From Vicugna vicugna (taxonomy: Eukaryota), in NCBI GenBank assembly GCA_013265495.1, contig MU062907.1, positions 1,368,861-1,432,860 of the forward strand: a stretch of DNA of 64,000 nucleotides. The letters are read 5' to 3'. Position 1 is the first letter of the stretch. Every line of letters begins with the position of its first letter. The notes under the pieces were generated by a model. The model was not told the origin of the DNA, searched no databases, and saw nothing but the letters and a program-made list of their open reading frames with translations. Positions 39,141 through 50,689 of the stretch are shown here, in pieces. A program made the translations under genes and the position numbers.

Positions 39141-40318
39141 AACCTCATTCCATATATAAAAGTTAACTCAAAATGTATCAAAGAATTAAATGTAAGAGCT
39201 AAAACTATAAAAACTCTTAGGAAAAGAGGGGTGAATTTTAATGACCCTGGATTTGGCAAAAGAGTAATATATGATACTACAAGTATGAATACTAAAAGAA
39301 AGAATAGATAAAATTGGACTACAACAAAACTTGAAACTTTTGCGCATCAAAGGACACTATCAAGAAAGTGAAAAGGCAACCCACAGAATGGGGGAACATA
39401 TTTACATCTTATGTATTTGATNNNNNNNNNNNNNNNNNNNNNNNNNNNNNNNNNNNNNNNNNNNNNNNNNNNNNNNNNNNNNNNNNNNNNNNNNNNNNNN
39501 NNNNNNNNNNNNNNNNNNNNNNNNNNNNNNNNNNNNNNNNNNNNNNNNNNNNNNNNNAAAAAGGTGTTCAACAACACTAGTCATTAGGGAAACGCAATTC
39601 AAAACCACTAAAATTCCACTTCCCATGCACTAGGATGGCTACAGTCAAAAGTCCTATAATTACAAGTGTTGGTGAGGATGTGGTGAAATTGGAACCCACA
39701 TTGACTGCTGGTGGAAATGTAAAATGGTGCAGGCACTTTATAAAACAATTTGGCAGCTCCTCATAAGTTAAACATAGAGCTACACCATAGGACCCTANNN
39801 NNNNNNNNNNNNNNNNNNNNNNNNNNNNNNNNNNNNNNNNNNNNNNNNNNNNNNNNNNNNNNNNNNNNNNNNNNNNNNNNNNNNNNNNNNNNNNNNNNNN
39901 NNNNNNNNNNNNNNNNNNNNNNNNNNNNNNNNNNNNNNNNNNNNNNNNNNNNNNNNNNNNNNNNNNNNNNNNNNNNNNNNNNNNNNTCATGTTCCAACAT
40001 AGACAGACCATAAACGCTAAGTAGGAAAAAAAAAAGCCACAAAGGACCACATATCACATGACTACATGACTTCATCCATATGAAAGTCCAGAACAGCACA
40101 ATCTATAGAGATAGAAAGTAGACTAGTTGTTGCTTAGGGCTGGGAGTTTGGGGATGATAGCTACAAGACAGGGATTTCTTTTTGAGATTATAAAAATATC
40201 CTACAATTGACTATGATGTTTGCACCTGTATGTGAATATACTAAAACCATTGAATTCTACACTCTACATGGGTGAATTTAAGTGATAATGGAATTACGTC
40301 TCAATAAAGCTGTTAAAA
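39141..40318 (+). mobile_element. 5'-truncated L1 (L1MB-like) nested in the host L1, containing two N-gaps
   Basis: KRQPTEW..IF ORF2 motif; 3' UTR ends aataaagctgttaaaaa; flanking ttaaaaattt(t)ata at 39127-39140 and 40313-40325; gaps 39422-39557 and 39798-39986. Confidence 0.8.
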
Positions 40319-41400
40319 ATTTATATGAAAAGCACAGGAAATTTCGTGTAGCCAAAACAATTTTGAATAAGAAGAATAAAGTTGGAGGAATTCACATTGC
40401 CTATTGTCACAATTTACTGTAAAGGTACAATAATCAATAAGGTGACATGAATGAAGGAACAGATACATAAATCAATGGCACAATGGAGAGTCCAGATATC
40501 ACCCACGTAAATGTGGTCAGTTGCTGCTCTTGTGTGTAGTGAAATACACATACCATAAAATTTGTCATTTAAATTATTTTAAAGAGTGCAGTTTATGGGC
40601 ATTTAATACATTCACAATGCAGTGCAACCATCACTGCTATCTAGTTCCAGAAGAATTAAATCCCCTCAAAAGGAAACACTGTCCCCATTAAGCAGTTATT
40701 CTTTACTCCCTTCTCTTCCCAGTCCCTGTCAACCACTAATCTGATTTCTGTCACTGTGGATTTGGCTATTCTGGATACTTCATGTAAATGGAATCATACT
40801 ATATATAGCTTTTGTGTCTAGCTTCTTTTACTTAGCATGTTTCCAATGTTGGAGCGTGTATCAATACTTCAACCCATTTGATGACTGAATAAATATCATT
40901 GTATGAGGATGCCACATTTTGTTTACTCACTCATCAGTTAGTGGACATCTGGGTTGTTTCCACCTTTTGGCTATGGTGAGTAGGGCTGCTGTGAATCTTT
41001 GTGCACAAGTTTTTGTTTGACCATCTGCTTTCAAATATTCTGGATATATACCTAGAAAAGCAATTGGTGGGTCACATGGTAATTCCATGTTTAATTTATT
41101 GAAGAACTGCTAAACTGTTTTACAAAGCTGCTGTAACATTGTACTTTTCCACCAGCAGTCAGTGAGGGTTCTAATTTCTCCCCATCCTCACCAACGTGTG
41201 TTATTTTCCAGTTTTGTTTTATTTTTTTATGAGCACCCTAGTTTGGGTTTGAAGTAGTATCTCATTCTGGTTTTAATTTGCTTTTCCCAGATGACTAGTG
41301 ATGTTGAGCATCTGTTCATATTTCTAGGCCATTTGTATGTCTTCCTTAGAGAAAGGTCTATTCAGATCCTTTCCTCATTTTTAAATTGGGCTGTCTTTTT

Positions 41401-41646
41401 CTCCAGCTTGTGGGGCACTCACTCAGGGGGTGTGGGACCCAATTATATCCTGAGCGCACCCCTTGTACCCTCCCGCTGTGGTTCCCTCTTTATGTTTCCG
41501 GTTGAAGAAGATTTTTTTGTAGGTTCCAGTCTTTTTTTTTTTTTTTCAATTGATGGTTGTTTATCAGTCAGCTGTGGTTTTGTTGTGATCGTGAGAGGAG
41601 GCAATTGGGCAGCCTTACTACTCCACCATCTTGACCAGAAATCTCC
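41401..41646 (-). mobile_element. L1 5'-UTR-only fragment
   Basis: Minus strand starts ggagatttctggtcaagatggtggagtag, an L1 5' start motif; related to the 5' UTR at 36900-37156; bounded by tgggct(g/a)tcttttt. Confidence 0.75.
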
Positions 41647-41660
41647 TGGGCTATCTTTTT

Positions 41661-41902
41661 TCATTTTTTTTTCCTTCTTGTTTTTTAAATTGAGTTATAG
41701 TCATTTTACAATGTTGTGTCAAGTTCCAGTGTAGAGCACAAATTTTCAGCTATACATGAACATACATATATTCATTGTCACATTTTTTTTTTGCTGCTAC
41801 CACAAGATCTTGTATATATTTCCCTGTGCTATACATTATTATCTTATTTATCTATTCTGCATATGCCTGTCAGTATCTACAAATTTTGAACTCCCAGTCT
41901 GT
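41661..41902 (-). mobile_element. Short lineage-specific L1 3'-UTR insertion
   Basis: Close match to 31200-31435; 16-bp TSD cctgggct(a/g)tcttttt at 41645-41660 and 41903-41918. Confidence 0.9.
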
Positions 41903-42777
41903 CCTGGGCTGTCTTTTTATTACTGAGTTTCAAGAATTTTTTATGTGTTCCAGAGACCAGGCTCTTATCAGATATATGATTTGTAAATATTTTCCCCCGT
42001 TCTGTGGGTTGCCTTTTCACTTTCTTGATAGTTTCCGTTGATGCACAAAACTTTTAACTTTGTTGCAGTCTAGTTTTTTTTCTTTGCTCTGTTGTTCCTG
42101 GTTTTGTTGTCATATCTATAAAACAAAGGTCATGAAGATTTACAGCCATCTTCTTCTAAGAATTCTATAGTTTTAGCCCTTACACTTCCATTACATAGGT
42201 CTTTTTTTTTTTACATAGGTCTTTGATCCATTTTAAATTAATTTTTATATATGGTATGAGGTTGGAAAATTGATTTTTGACAAAGGTGCAAAATCACTTC
42301 CGTGAAGAAGGGACAGTCTTTTCAATGACTGGTCTTGTAACAATTGGATATTGCTATGTGAAACATGAACCTCAACCTATACCTCATACCTATACCTTAG
42401 AAAAGAGAAGTCCATAAATTAAAGAGAAACTTAGTGCACCGTTCAGAGTTGCCTGGGGATCAAATGGCAAATCGATGGAGAAGAGGTGTTTCTCTCCCTT
42501 TTTACATAAAACTCAGCAAAGTTTTGCTACCCCAAGGACTGGGAGCTTTAACTGGAATATGCATCTCGGCATTGGTAATGGGCGCTCATGCTAGACAATA
42601 GCAGTGACAATTTACTATTTTTAGAGATGGACTAACTTCATAGTGCACCACACAAAGTGCTGGTCTGAAGTAGCCCTCTAAAGGAGGACCCAGGAAACTA
42701 CAAATATGGAGCCCTCGTTAAGTAATAATGACAACCCAATGGTATCCAGGAACTGGACACACATACTAATCCAATTC

Positions 42778-42940
42778 TTTTTTTTTTTTTTTTGAGTGAA
42801 GGTAGATTTATTCAGAGAGATACACTGAAAGGCGAGAGAAAGGCCACGAGGTCTGGGGGTTGGGTGCTCAGATTAAAAGTGGGTACACACGCCATAGACA
42901 GAATGTGGGCTGTCTCCGAAGAGGGAGAGAGAGGGGCGGC
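42778..42940 (-). mobile_element. Polyadenylated ERV-LTR-like fragment (retrocopy)
   Basis: Minus-strand AATAAA at 42812-42807, 13 nt before a 16-nt poly(A) (42793-42778); short flank repeat c(c/t)aattc. Confidence 0.6.
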
Positions 42941-43469
42941 CTAATTCATTTTTTTTAAACTATCCTTGAGAAGTATTGAAACAATCCAAATTTTCTACAA
43001 TCTTTTTCGCCTGTTTCTCACCATCGGGATGCAAAGAGAAGTGGGAATCCCACTGGGGAATGTCATTTTCTCTGAATTAAGAGAGTTAGGATGGTGCCTG
43101 GCAATGGCATTTGTCACACATGTTTAACTTTGTGTGTGATGTATCCTAGTCTTCCACGGCCGAGGCTGAAGGGGAGGCTGAAGTTCTTTCATTTCCAATT
43201 ACTCATAAATCCCCAAAGCTGAGGGCTCCTGGCCATTTCTTGGAACTGAAGAATGATTTCCAGTTCTAAACAACACTTTCTATGATGACAAGGTGTTATA
43301 GTTTGCCTATTTGTTTCTCAAAGGCACACAGATTCTGGACAATATGAGACAATTAACGTCTGTACATAAGCTTGCTCTTGACCCAGCTGGGAGTCTCTTT
43401 TCTGTTCACTCACCTTCAGGAGATCAACATGAAGGGAACTTGAGCTTTGAAGTCAGATAGAAACACCCT

Positions 43470-43650
43470 GTTTCAAACCTCAATGTATCAGCGTTTTAGC
43501 TTTGTGACTATGAACCAGTTGCTTCAGCTAACTAAATCTCAATCTTTTCATAAGTATCAGTGTGGATAATATAACTCATTCTGCAGGATTATTGGGAGGA
43601 TTAAATGTAATAACATAGGTGGGAAGGTATGGAAGGTGCTCAGAAAATGT
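43470..43650 (+). mobile_element. MIR SINE
   Basis: ttagctttgtgactatgaaccagttgcttcagct...ctcattctgcaggattattgggaggattaaatg. Confidence 0.8.
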
Positions 43651-43689
43651 TCATCTCAATTCTCTTTTCCCCTTAGTGTCTGAGTTCTG

Positions 43690-44075
43690 CTCTGATATTT
43701 GCAGCAATTAGGAGTTAGGCTTGGTGGAACACTCCAAATAACAGTGACTTGAATTTAAGGGGGATGTTTATGTCTTTCTCATCAAGTTTCTGGAGGTAAA
43801 CAATCTTGGTGATCTAGGGACACCATTGCTCCAGCATCTCTGTGGTCCAGAGTGACTCCACCTCCATGCTCCACACAGCAGGGAGGAGGAATGGGAAAGA
43901 AGCCTCATGCTCCTTCTTTCAGAGAAATAAACAGTATTACCTACATCACTTCCTGGCACATCCTATTGGCTGGGTCTTAGTCCCATGGCCACTCTAGCTA
44001 CAAGAAAGCCTGGAAAATGTATTTATTTTGAGCAGCCATATGCCCAGATGATAATTGAGGGTTCAGTTATTATAG
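43690..44075 (-). mobile_element. MaLR LTR (MLT1J/K/L-like)
   Basis: aaataacagtgacttgaa...catcctattggctgggtcttagtcccatggccactctagctacaagaaagcctggaaaatgt. Confidence 0.8.
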
Positions 44076-44399
44076 AGGAAAGGGAAATGGGTATTAGGGG
44101 ACAGCTTACAGCCTCTGTCCAGTGTCTATGTACTTTTCCCTTACTCTTAGGTCACAGTTGAAAATGTCAAGCATAAGTGCAAGCTATGTTGATAATAAAT
44201 CAAATCAAATTAATCTAACACCATTAGAAAATGCATAGACTAAATTATATTAGAAAAACAGGTAAAGAAGAAATCGGAAAACGGAGAGTTAAAGACAGAG
44301 AGATTGATAAAAGTTCAGTTTCTGCTGACGAGAGTTAAAACGCGTAGGAACTTTTTAACAGTACGGAGCTTTTGTGCTGGACACCTTCTGTGTTCCTCT

Positions 44400-44860
44400 G
44401 TGGATCCGCTCGTCATCTCCTCGCTGCTCTGGGACCCAGGAGGCTGGCTTGTAGGGACAACATTGAAAGCTCCTTTGCTCATTGCTTGCACTTGGGTTTG
44501 GCCAATAGAGAGCACCAGGAGGAGGTTGAGGGGAGGTTGGAGGGCGGGACTGGGTGCTTAGTTCCTCAGAAGCCTTCTTGCAAGGGTGACACAAGTTGTC
44601 TCTGTCCCTCCCTTGAGGTCACAGTTCCCATACGGGAGCTCTTTCCATAAGGCCCTGCCTATTTCCGGGTTGCCATATCTGCTCTCACCCTCGCCCCTTC
44701 CAGACTAAGGAAGCTGATGATCCCCTGTTGTTTCTATCCCTAAGGTGCTGCATTACCACTGTGGTTTCACTGCACCAGAGCCACACTTTTGCATGTAGTC
44801 TCTTTATTAAACCCTCCTCAAATTACCCACTTAGAGTGGGCCATCTGATTCCTTTCAATC
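44400..44860. mobile_element. ERVL-class LTR (LTR33/LTR16-like)
   Basis: gggtttggccaatagagagcaccaggaggagg and cttagagtgggccatctgattcc segments. Confidence 0.6.
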
Positions 44861-44929
44861 GACACTTAATGCTCCAAACACTATAGCATCAAAAGGCACA
44901 AAGCAAAATTGTAGGAAGAGATTTGTAAA

Positions 44930-45690
44930 AGCAAATTTTCTTGAGATATTTTTAACCAGCCACTATCCATCTAAACAGTTTAGGCATTAATGTAAAATTT
45001 GCCTACTCAATAAAAAGAATATGTACTATTTTCAAATGCCCAATTTAGAACACTGAACAATACCTCCAAAAAATATGTCCAAAAATAATGTTCTTAAAAC
45101 ACAAAGAGTTTTGAAACAAAGTTATGGAAGGTTAATAAACACATTTAAAATTTTTTTAACATGGCTGATAATCAAAATGTGCAAATTAAAGAAATGAGGT
45201 GTCTTTTTTTTAGCCTATCAAATTAACAAAGATTGGAAAAAATAGTCCTTGTAAGAGTGTAATATGACACTGTTATTCACAGTTTGTGGAAGCATGAACT
45301 GATAAAAATTTTCTAGAAAGATCTGTCCCCTCTGTATCAGAGCCTTATAAAGATTTAGTCTTTCAATCAGTCAATTCCACTTCCAGAAATTAATCCTACA
45401 TAGTAAATAATGCATATGTATTTAAAGATGAATAGCACACATTATTTATAAGAGCAAAATTGGAATAGTTTAGATAATTGGCAATAGTTAATGGTTGCTT
45501 TAAGGCATATCTATGGAAAATACAGAGACAGTAAAATAGCGTTTCAAAAAAAAATTAAATGAAACAGGACAATAATCCCCAAATAATATTAATTTGTCAT
45601 AGAAGGATAAACTGTAAAAACAGTTTGATTCTTAATTAAGTTTAAAATATACATAGAAAAACATTAACAATGTTCATCTGGTTAGTATTA
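44930..45690 (+). mobile_element. Old L1ME-type 3' fragment
   Basis: ataatcaaaatgtgcaaattaaag; caattccacttccagaaattaatcctac. Confidence 0.7.
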
Positions 45691-45944
45691 GTCCTTTCGT
45701 GCAGTTTTCCCTGAAGGCCAGTTCTGTTCCCGTTCTCACTATGAGATGATGACATGAATTTCCCCTTTAATGCTTTGAGTTAATTTAAAATGAATTTATG
45801 ACACTTCCAACCCATTGTTCTAATGTAACTATGCCAGACCTCTCAGAATCCCAACATTGCAATAGCCCTTTGCACTTGCTCAGGAGGCTGTCTTATACAT
45901 CTTCATACTCTCAACACCCATCTCTTGGCAGGTGCGGAAGTTCC

Positions 45945-46115
45945 GGCCTGGGAATAGAGAGATCAAGGTTCTACCACTGGTTCTGCTGGCAAAAGCTGTG
46001 TGAATTTGAGGAGAGCCTTGACCCTGTCTGGGTCTTGATTTCCTCATCTATCAAAGGAAGGATTGAATTAGATGGGGTCTAAAATTCCTTCCAGCTCTAA
46101 GATCTCTTAATTTTA
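45945..46115 (+). mobile_element. MIR SINE
   Basis: ttgatttcctcatctatcaaagg...aattccttccagctctaagat. Confidence 0.8.
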
Positions 46116-46149
46116 TGATTCCAAATTCTCCATCTCTAGGCTGAATCAG

Positions 46150-46990
46150 TCAGAGCTCTGGTCCTAAACCTTCCTGCCTAGAATTTCCAGTCATACAACT
46201 GTCCCAACATGATCTCAAACTCAAAAACTCTGAAACCAGTCACCATTTTCCCCCACAGCCTGGTATTTTTTACTTCTGCCGATGGTACCACTGTTCTTCC
46301 AGACACCAAGACTCAAATATTTGGGATCATTTCTAGCTGCTTACATGCTATTATCACACATGTTTAAGTGGTCACCAATTACCATGATTTCTTCCTTAAA
46401 AAATTCTTGTAGTCATCCTGGTTTGGGCTCTTATTGTCATTTGTTAAGATAAATCTAGATCTATCCAGCTCAGAATCTAGCTCTGTTTCTCATATGTATC
46501 AGTATTGATATCTGTATCTGTACTTGTGTATACATCTACATTTATGTCATCTATAGCCCCAGTCTCTGAAGTTTCGGGTCCAGATCTTCAAATACATATG
46601 GAAAATTTCTACCTGGCATCTCAAACTCATGATCCTCTCCTCAAATACCTATTTTTCTTTCTGTGTTATGTGCCTTGAGTGGCATTGTCACCATGCCCTT
46701 AATTTCCCCAACTATAACATCAGACATAACCTTAACTCCCCTTCTAATCCCATCAGTTCTATCTCAGAAATGATTCTTAAACCTTCCCCTACTCCCTAGA
46801 ACCCACCTTTCTGTTATCTCTCACTGCACTAATGCAACAGTTCCTTAACAAAACCCCTGCCACAATTCTCGGCCTGCCCTGTTCTTTACATTAATTCTTT
46901 ATAATGATTCTTTTCAGGGCACTGAACCACCAAGTCCACTGCTTGGCAACTTTCAAGGCTCACTCACCCTTTTCCCACGGGATCAAATCT
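46150..46990 (+). mobile_element. L2 LINE fragments
   Basis: atctcaaactcaaaaactctgaaac; cctggcatctcaaactc; ggatcaaatctaaatgtcttaacatagcc. Confidence 0.7.
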
Positions 46991-48899
46991 AAATGTCTTA
47001 ACATAGCCTAAAATGACAAAAGTGATAAGAAGAAAGTGTCTAAGGGGACTAGGAGATGTTCAGAAATTATTTCAAATGGTTTCATATGAAGCTCCCGAGG
47101 GAGTTTACTCATGAGCACAGGTAAAATAAGACGTAAGCAAAGATGGAGACTGGTGCCTCCAAGGAAAACCAGATTTCAGAATAAACTCAGGCTTGAAAAA
47201 AAAGTGCAAAATGTTTACTTAAGTCTTGGTCTCTAGTGGGAGGTCCAGTCTCAGTCTGATTTTATCCTTCCTCCTCCTTCCTATAATGAGGATGCTCAAG
47301 GTTGAAGAGCCAGAGGCATGGTCTGCTTTCTCTCCTGAATTCGGTGATGACTTACTTTCACAGGAATGGCCCGTTGGGTAAACCTGATGATGTCCCCACT
47401 GCTGGGGTGGGCCTCCTGAATCATAGCTGACCTGGATTCTAGGGCCAACACACTCTTCACTTCACTGTTCCTCTTCCCTGGGCGGGAGGGCTCAGGATGG
47501 CCCTTCCTCACGTGGCAAGAGCTCCAGGATCTGCGACTGGGCTCACCTGGAGAGAAGGTCACCAGGGTGGCCAAGGAAGACCTGATTCAGCTCCGCACTG
47601 GGGTTTGGGACAAAGTCCCCAGTGGGAACAAAGGGATCCTTTGCTTTAGTTTGTCTTTTATGCTGATTTTCCCCTTAGGGGTTTGGGGAAGGCTTGTTGT
47701 TGTAAGTCAGATTTGGGAGCCCAGACCTGGTCCCCTCCATCACTACGTCGATCTGCTACAACTCAAAACCCTCGGAATTGCTTTTTGTCATACAAAGCAA
47801 AAGGAATAAGGAAGAGACAGGAACACGTTTTCTGGCAGATGGTATCTGGGAACAGATGACAGAGAGAAGACAGGTCAATCAACTCCTACTGAAAGGAAAA
47901 AATTGGCTTTCTCTGCCCAAGATGGAGATCTCAGTCCTTGTACATATAGAACAAATCTGGTGAGGAAGGAACGTGACTACAAAAATAGAAGTAGGTGGTA
48001 AGGGAGCAATTTATTGCTTTTGAAAAATATTTAATGATAACTTTTTTTCTTTAACTTTAAAGAACAGTTTGAAACTGAAATATAGAAAGAAGAAAAGTCA
48101 CTCCTAGTCCCACTAGTCAGAGATAAACCTCTATTAACAATTATTATCAAGTTCCTCCTACCCCCTTTTATTTTAACTGTGCATACATTTTTCTTCCATT
48201 TATTTTACAAGTGGCAGTCTTAATATACACAAAATTCTGTGTTCTGCTTTTTACAAGAGCATCATAGAATAATCATATTTATGTTTTATTGCACAGTTCT
48301 TGTTAACCTTTGTTAGTTCAACAAAAACTTATCAGATACCTATGGTGCCCAGGTGTGGGCTAGTCACAGAGAGACCTCCTCCCGCGGGGCGCTCATCACC
48401 ATGTGAGACCCTGAGGCACCAGGACATCAAGCCCGCAGGTACCCAAGTGTGAGACGGGGTCAAAGAGGGGGAATACAGGATCTGGGGGAGCACTGTGAGG
48501 GGCCCAGGTGTCTGTGGGGTGGGTTTCATGGAAGCTCCCTGGAGGAGGAGGCAGCTAAGCTGAGCCGTGCAGGTTCCTAGCTTTCCTGACACATTTGTAG
48601 TGTGTTATTCTTATGATACATACCCTCTTCCTTCATGCTCACAGTATCTCCGCTTCCTGACTCCACCCTCACGGATACACCCCGCTCGGCCCCCGGTCAA
48701 GCCAGCTCATGGCTCTGTTGGCCCTTACCCTGCATGGTGTGACCTTGTTCCTCTGTGTGGTGTTTGCCTCTGCTACCCTGTGAAGCCCCTAAGAGCAAGA
48801 GCTTGACCTCTTTTGTTCCTGAGAACAGTAACTGGTCCATGGCAGGTGTGCGATCTGGCGAGCGAGTGTATGAGCGCGCAAATGAGTGAACAGACAGGT

Positions 48900-49470
48900 G
48901 CAAAGTGCAGGAGAGGGTGCTGGGCTGTTGATGAAGATTCTTGTCGCTGAAGCTGCAAGAGCGAATGAGGTCATCCCGGAGAGAGTGTGGAGTGAGAAGA
49001 GAAAGGAGGAGAGTCCAAAACAGAATTCTGATGAGGGCCCATGATGGAGAATGTGGGGACGCGGCCAGAGGTAAGGACCCGTTCAGGCGAGCTGGGCTGA
49101 GACAGGCAAGGAAAGGAGCGTGGCGAGCTGGAGAGATGGCCACGTGTGGCTGAAACTGGATTTAACAACAAGGGGGCCTTCGGGGTACTTGGAGAGAGAA
49201 GCTTCAGGAAAGTTGCGGGGACAGAAGCACTACCATGGATTGAGGAGAAAGTAAGGGCGAAGAAGGAAAGCCAGCAAGTGTGTGAAGGGGAGAGGGGAGC
49301 GAGGGTGGCAGCTGGCGCTGTGTGGTTTGAACGTGGCAGACACTTGAGCATCACACGTCGATGGGAGGGGCAGGTGGAGAGCGAGGTATTGAGTTGTGGC
49401 CGGGGCACCAGGGTGCTAATTGCAAGAGGGTTGTCCTGGAGGAGGCGGGAGGAGACGCCTGTGTGACTGT
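48900..49470 (-). mobile_element. L2 LINE fragment
   Basis: Purine-rich antisense L2 (aagagcgaatgaggtcatcccggagagagtgtggagtgagaagag; gaggtattgagttgtgg). Confidence 0.65.
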
Positions 49471-50503
49471 CACTGGGGATGGAGCCCAGAGGGGCAGAGG
49501 CTTGGAGCAGGCAGCTCCCCCGTGTTAACTCGAGGGGAGAGACGATCTGCCTTGGGACCGGCGATCTAGGGAGCTCTGTTCCGCTGCTTCCCCTCCCTGG
49601 GAGGTGGGAGCCAAGGCCATCTGCTCCGAGGGCTGGGGAACAGAGGGGAGGAATGACTTTGGCTCCTGGCCCATTAGTACACTGAATTCTCACTGAAGAG
49701 GGCACCTCCCGGGGTCAGAATGCCAGCTATCCCTCAACTAGGCCCTGAAAGTATTCATTCTTGTCTGGAGTCTTTGGCCAAGAGGAGTGTCCCCTTCTTT
49801 AGGAAAAGGCTGTTTCTTCAGCTCTTCGGAACTGCCTCCCCACGATCCCTCCAGGGACCGCCGAGGGCTCGGCCTGCCCCCACAACCCGGTGCAGTCCCT
49901 GAAGAGGACGGTGTTCTCACAGGTGGGCCTGGCTCTCAGGCTCCCCCTTATAAGAAGACTCTGGCTCTTTAAACCGGGGCCAATAAAAAAAATTGCCAAG
50001 AGGGTCTTTGAAGTAACAACCTCCCTAGTTAGTGCCTTGAAACATATTTTTACATCTTGGAGGAGAGATTATGAGCTGGGGGGCCCGAGAGCTGTGGGAG
50101 GGCAAAAGACCCTGAGGCTGGCAGAGTCTGGCTCCTGGCCAGAGGCCCCACCAGGCGCCGAGGCTGCTGCTCGGGGAGGGTCCTGCGGCCTGGAGAAGTC
50201 AGCTCCACGGAATTCTACGTGTCTAAGCCCGGCTCCTGCGCAAAGCGAGCTTCCTCTGGATTAGAACTGTTTATTCTCCGCAAGCCCAGCCCGGCCGGGC
50301 TCTGTGTGGGGCCCAGACCAGCTGAAGCTGCATGGAGCAGCCTCTCCCCATTGTGTCCCGTGAGGCTGAGCAGGGTGTGAGGGAGGGCGATGAGGGGTGA
50401 GGGCAGGAGTGTGGCGATGACTGTGGGGAGATGGGCCCAGAGGGTGGTTGGCCCGGGTGGTGGCAAGGATCTTCAGCATAATTAAAAAATGGTCTTGGGG
50501 AAG

Positions 50504-50672
50504 GGGGAAGAGGGTATAGCTCAGTGGTAGAGTGCGTGGTTAGCATGCACGAGGTTCTGGGTTCAATCCCCAGTGCTCTAGTTAAAAAAATAAATAGATA
50601 AACCTAATTACCTCGCCCTGTCCCCTCAAAACCAAACAAGCAAACCAAAAAAGTGTACTTAAAAAAAAAAAA
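50504..50672 (+). mobile_element. Camelid tRNA-Ala-derived SINE (Vic-1-like)
   Basis: A box TAGCTCAGTGG, B box GGTTCAATCC, then aaataaatagataaacctaattacctc and an A-tail; same family as 24911-25079. Confidence 0.9.
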
Positions 50673-50689
50673 GGCCTCATTTTTCCAAT

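Larger units (their letters stand above)
33540..40520 (+). mobile_element. Sense L1 (inter-ORF region plus ORF2), interrupted by nested L1s; resumes at 42265-42394
   Basis: Endonuclease-region motifs at 34090-34490 continue at 37160; RT-region motifs at 37900-38700. Confidence 0.85.
40525..42263 (-). mobile_element. 5'-truncated antisense L1 (L1MB-like) hosting two later insertions
   Basis: Antisense 3' UTR at 40525-41000; antisense ORF2 C-terminal motifs (atgactagtgatgttgagcatct; ttgccttttcactttcttgata). Confidence 0.85.
19245..47546 (-). other. Speculative 4-exon phase-compatible ORF (47546-47356, 23088-22965, 21425-21364, 19328-19245)
   Basis: GT-AG boundaries, compatible phases and no internal stop. 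No upstream start exon found, no homology recognised, and the last exon is L3-derived. Confidence 0.2.

Noticed and set aside
48971-49705. Longest ORF in the track (244 aa, minus)
   Set aside because: Overlaps an L2 fossil; Ser/Pro/Leu-rich with no recognisable domain, typical of chance ORFs in GC-rich DNA.
50504-50580. tRNA-Ala(AGC)-like sequence (also 25010-25079 and 26100-26169 on minus)
   Set aside because: Followed by a SINE body and A-rich tail, with a perfect TSD on the minus copy and disrupted stems; it is a SINE head, not a tRNA gene.
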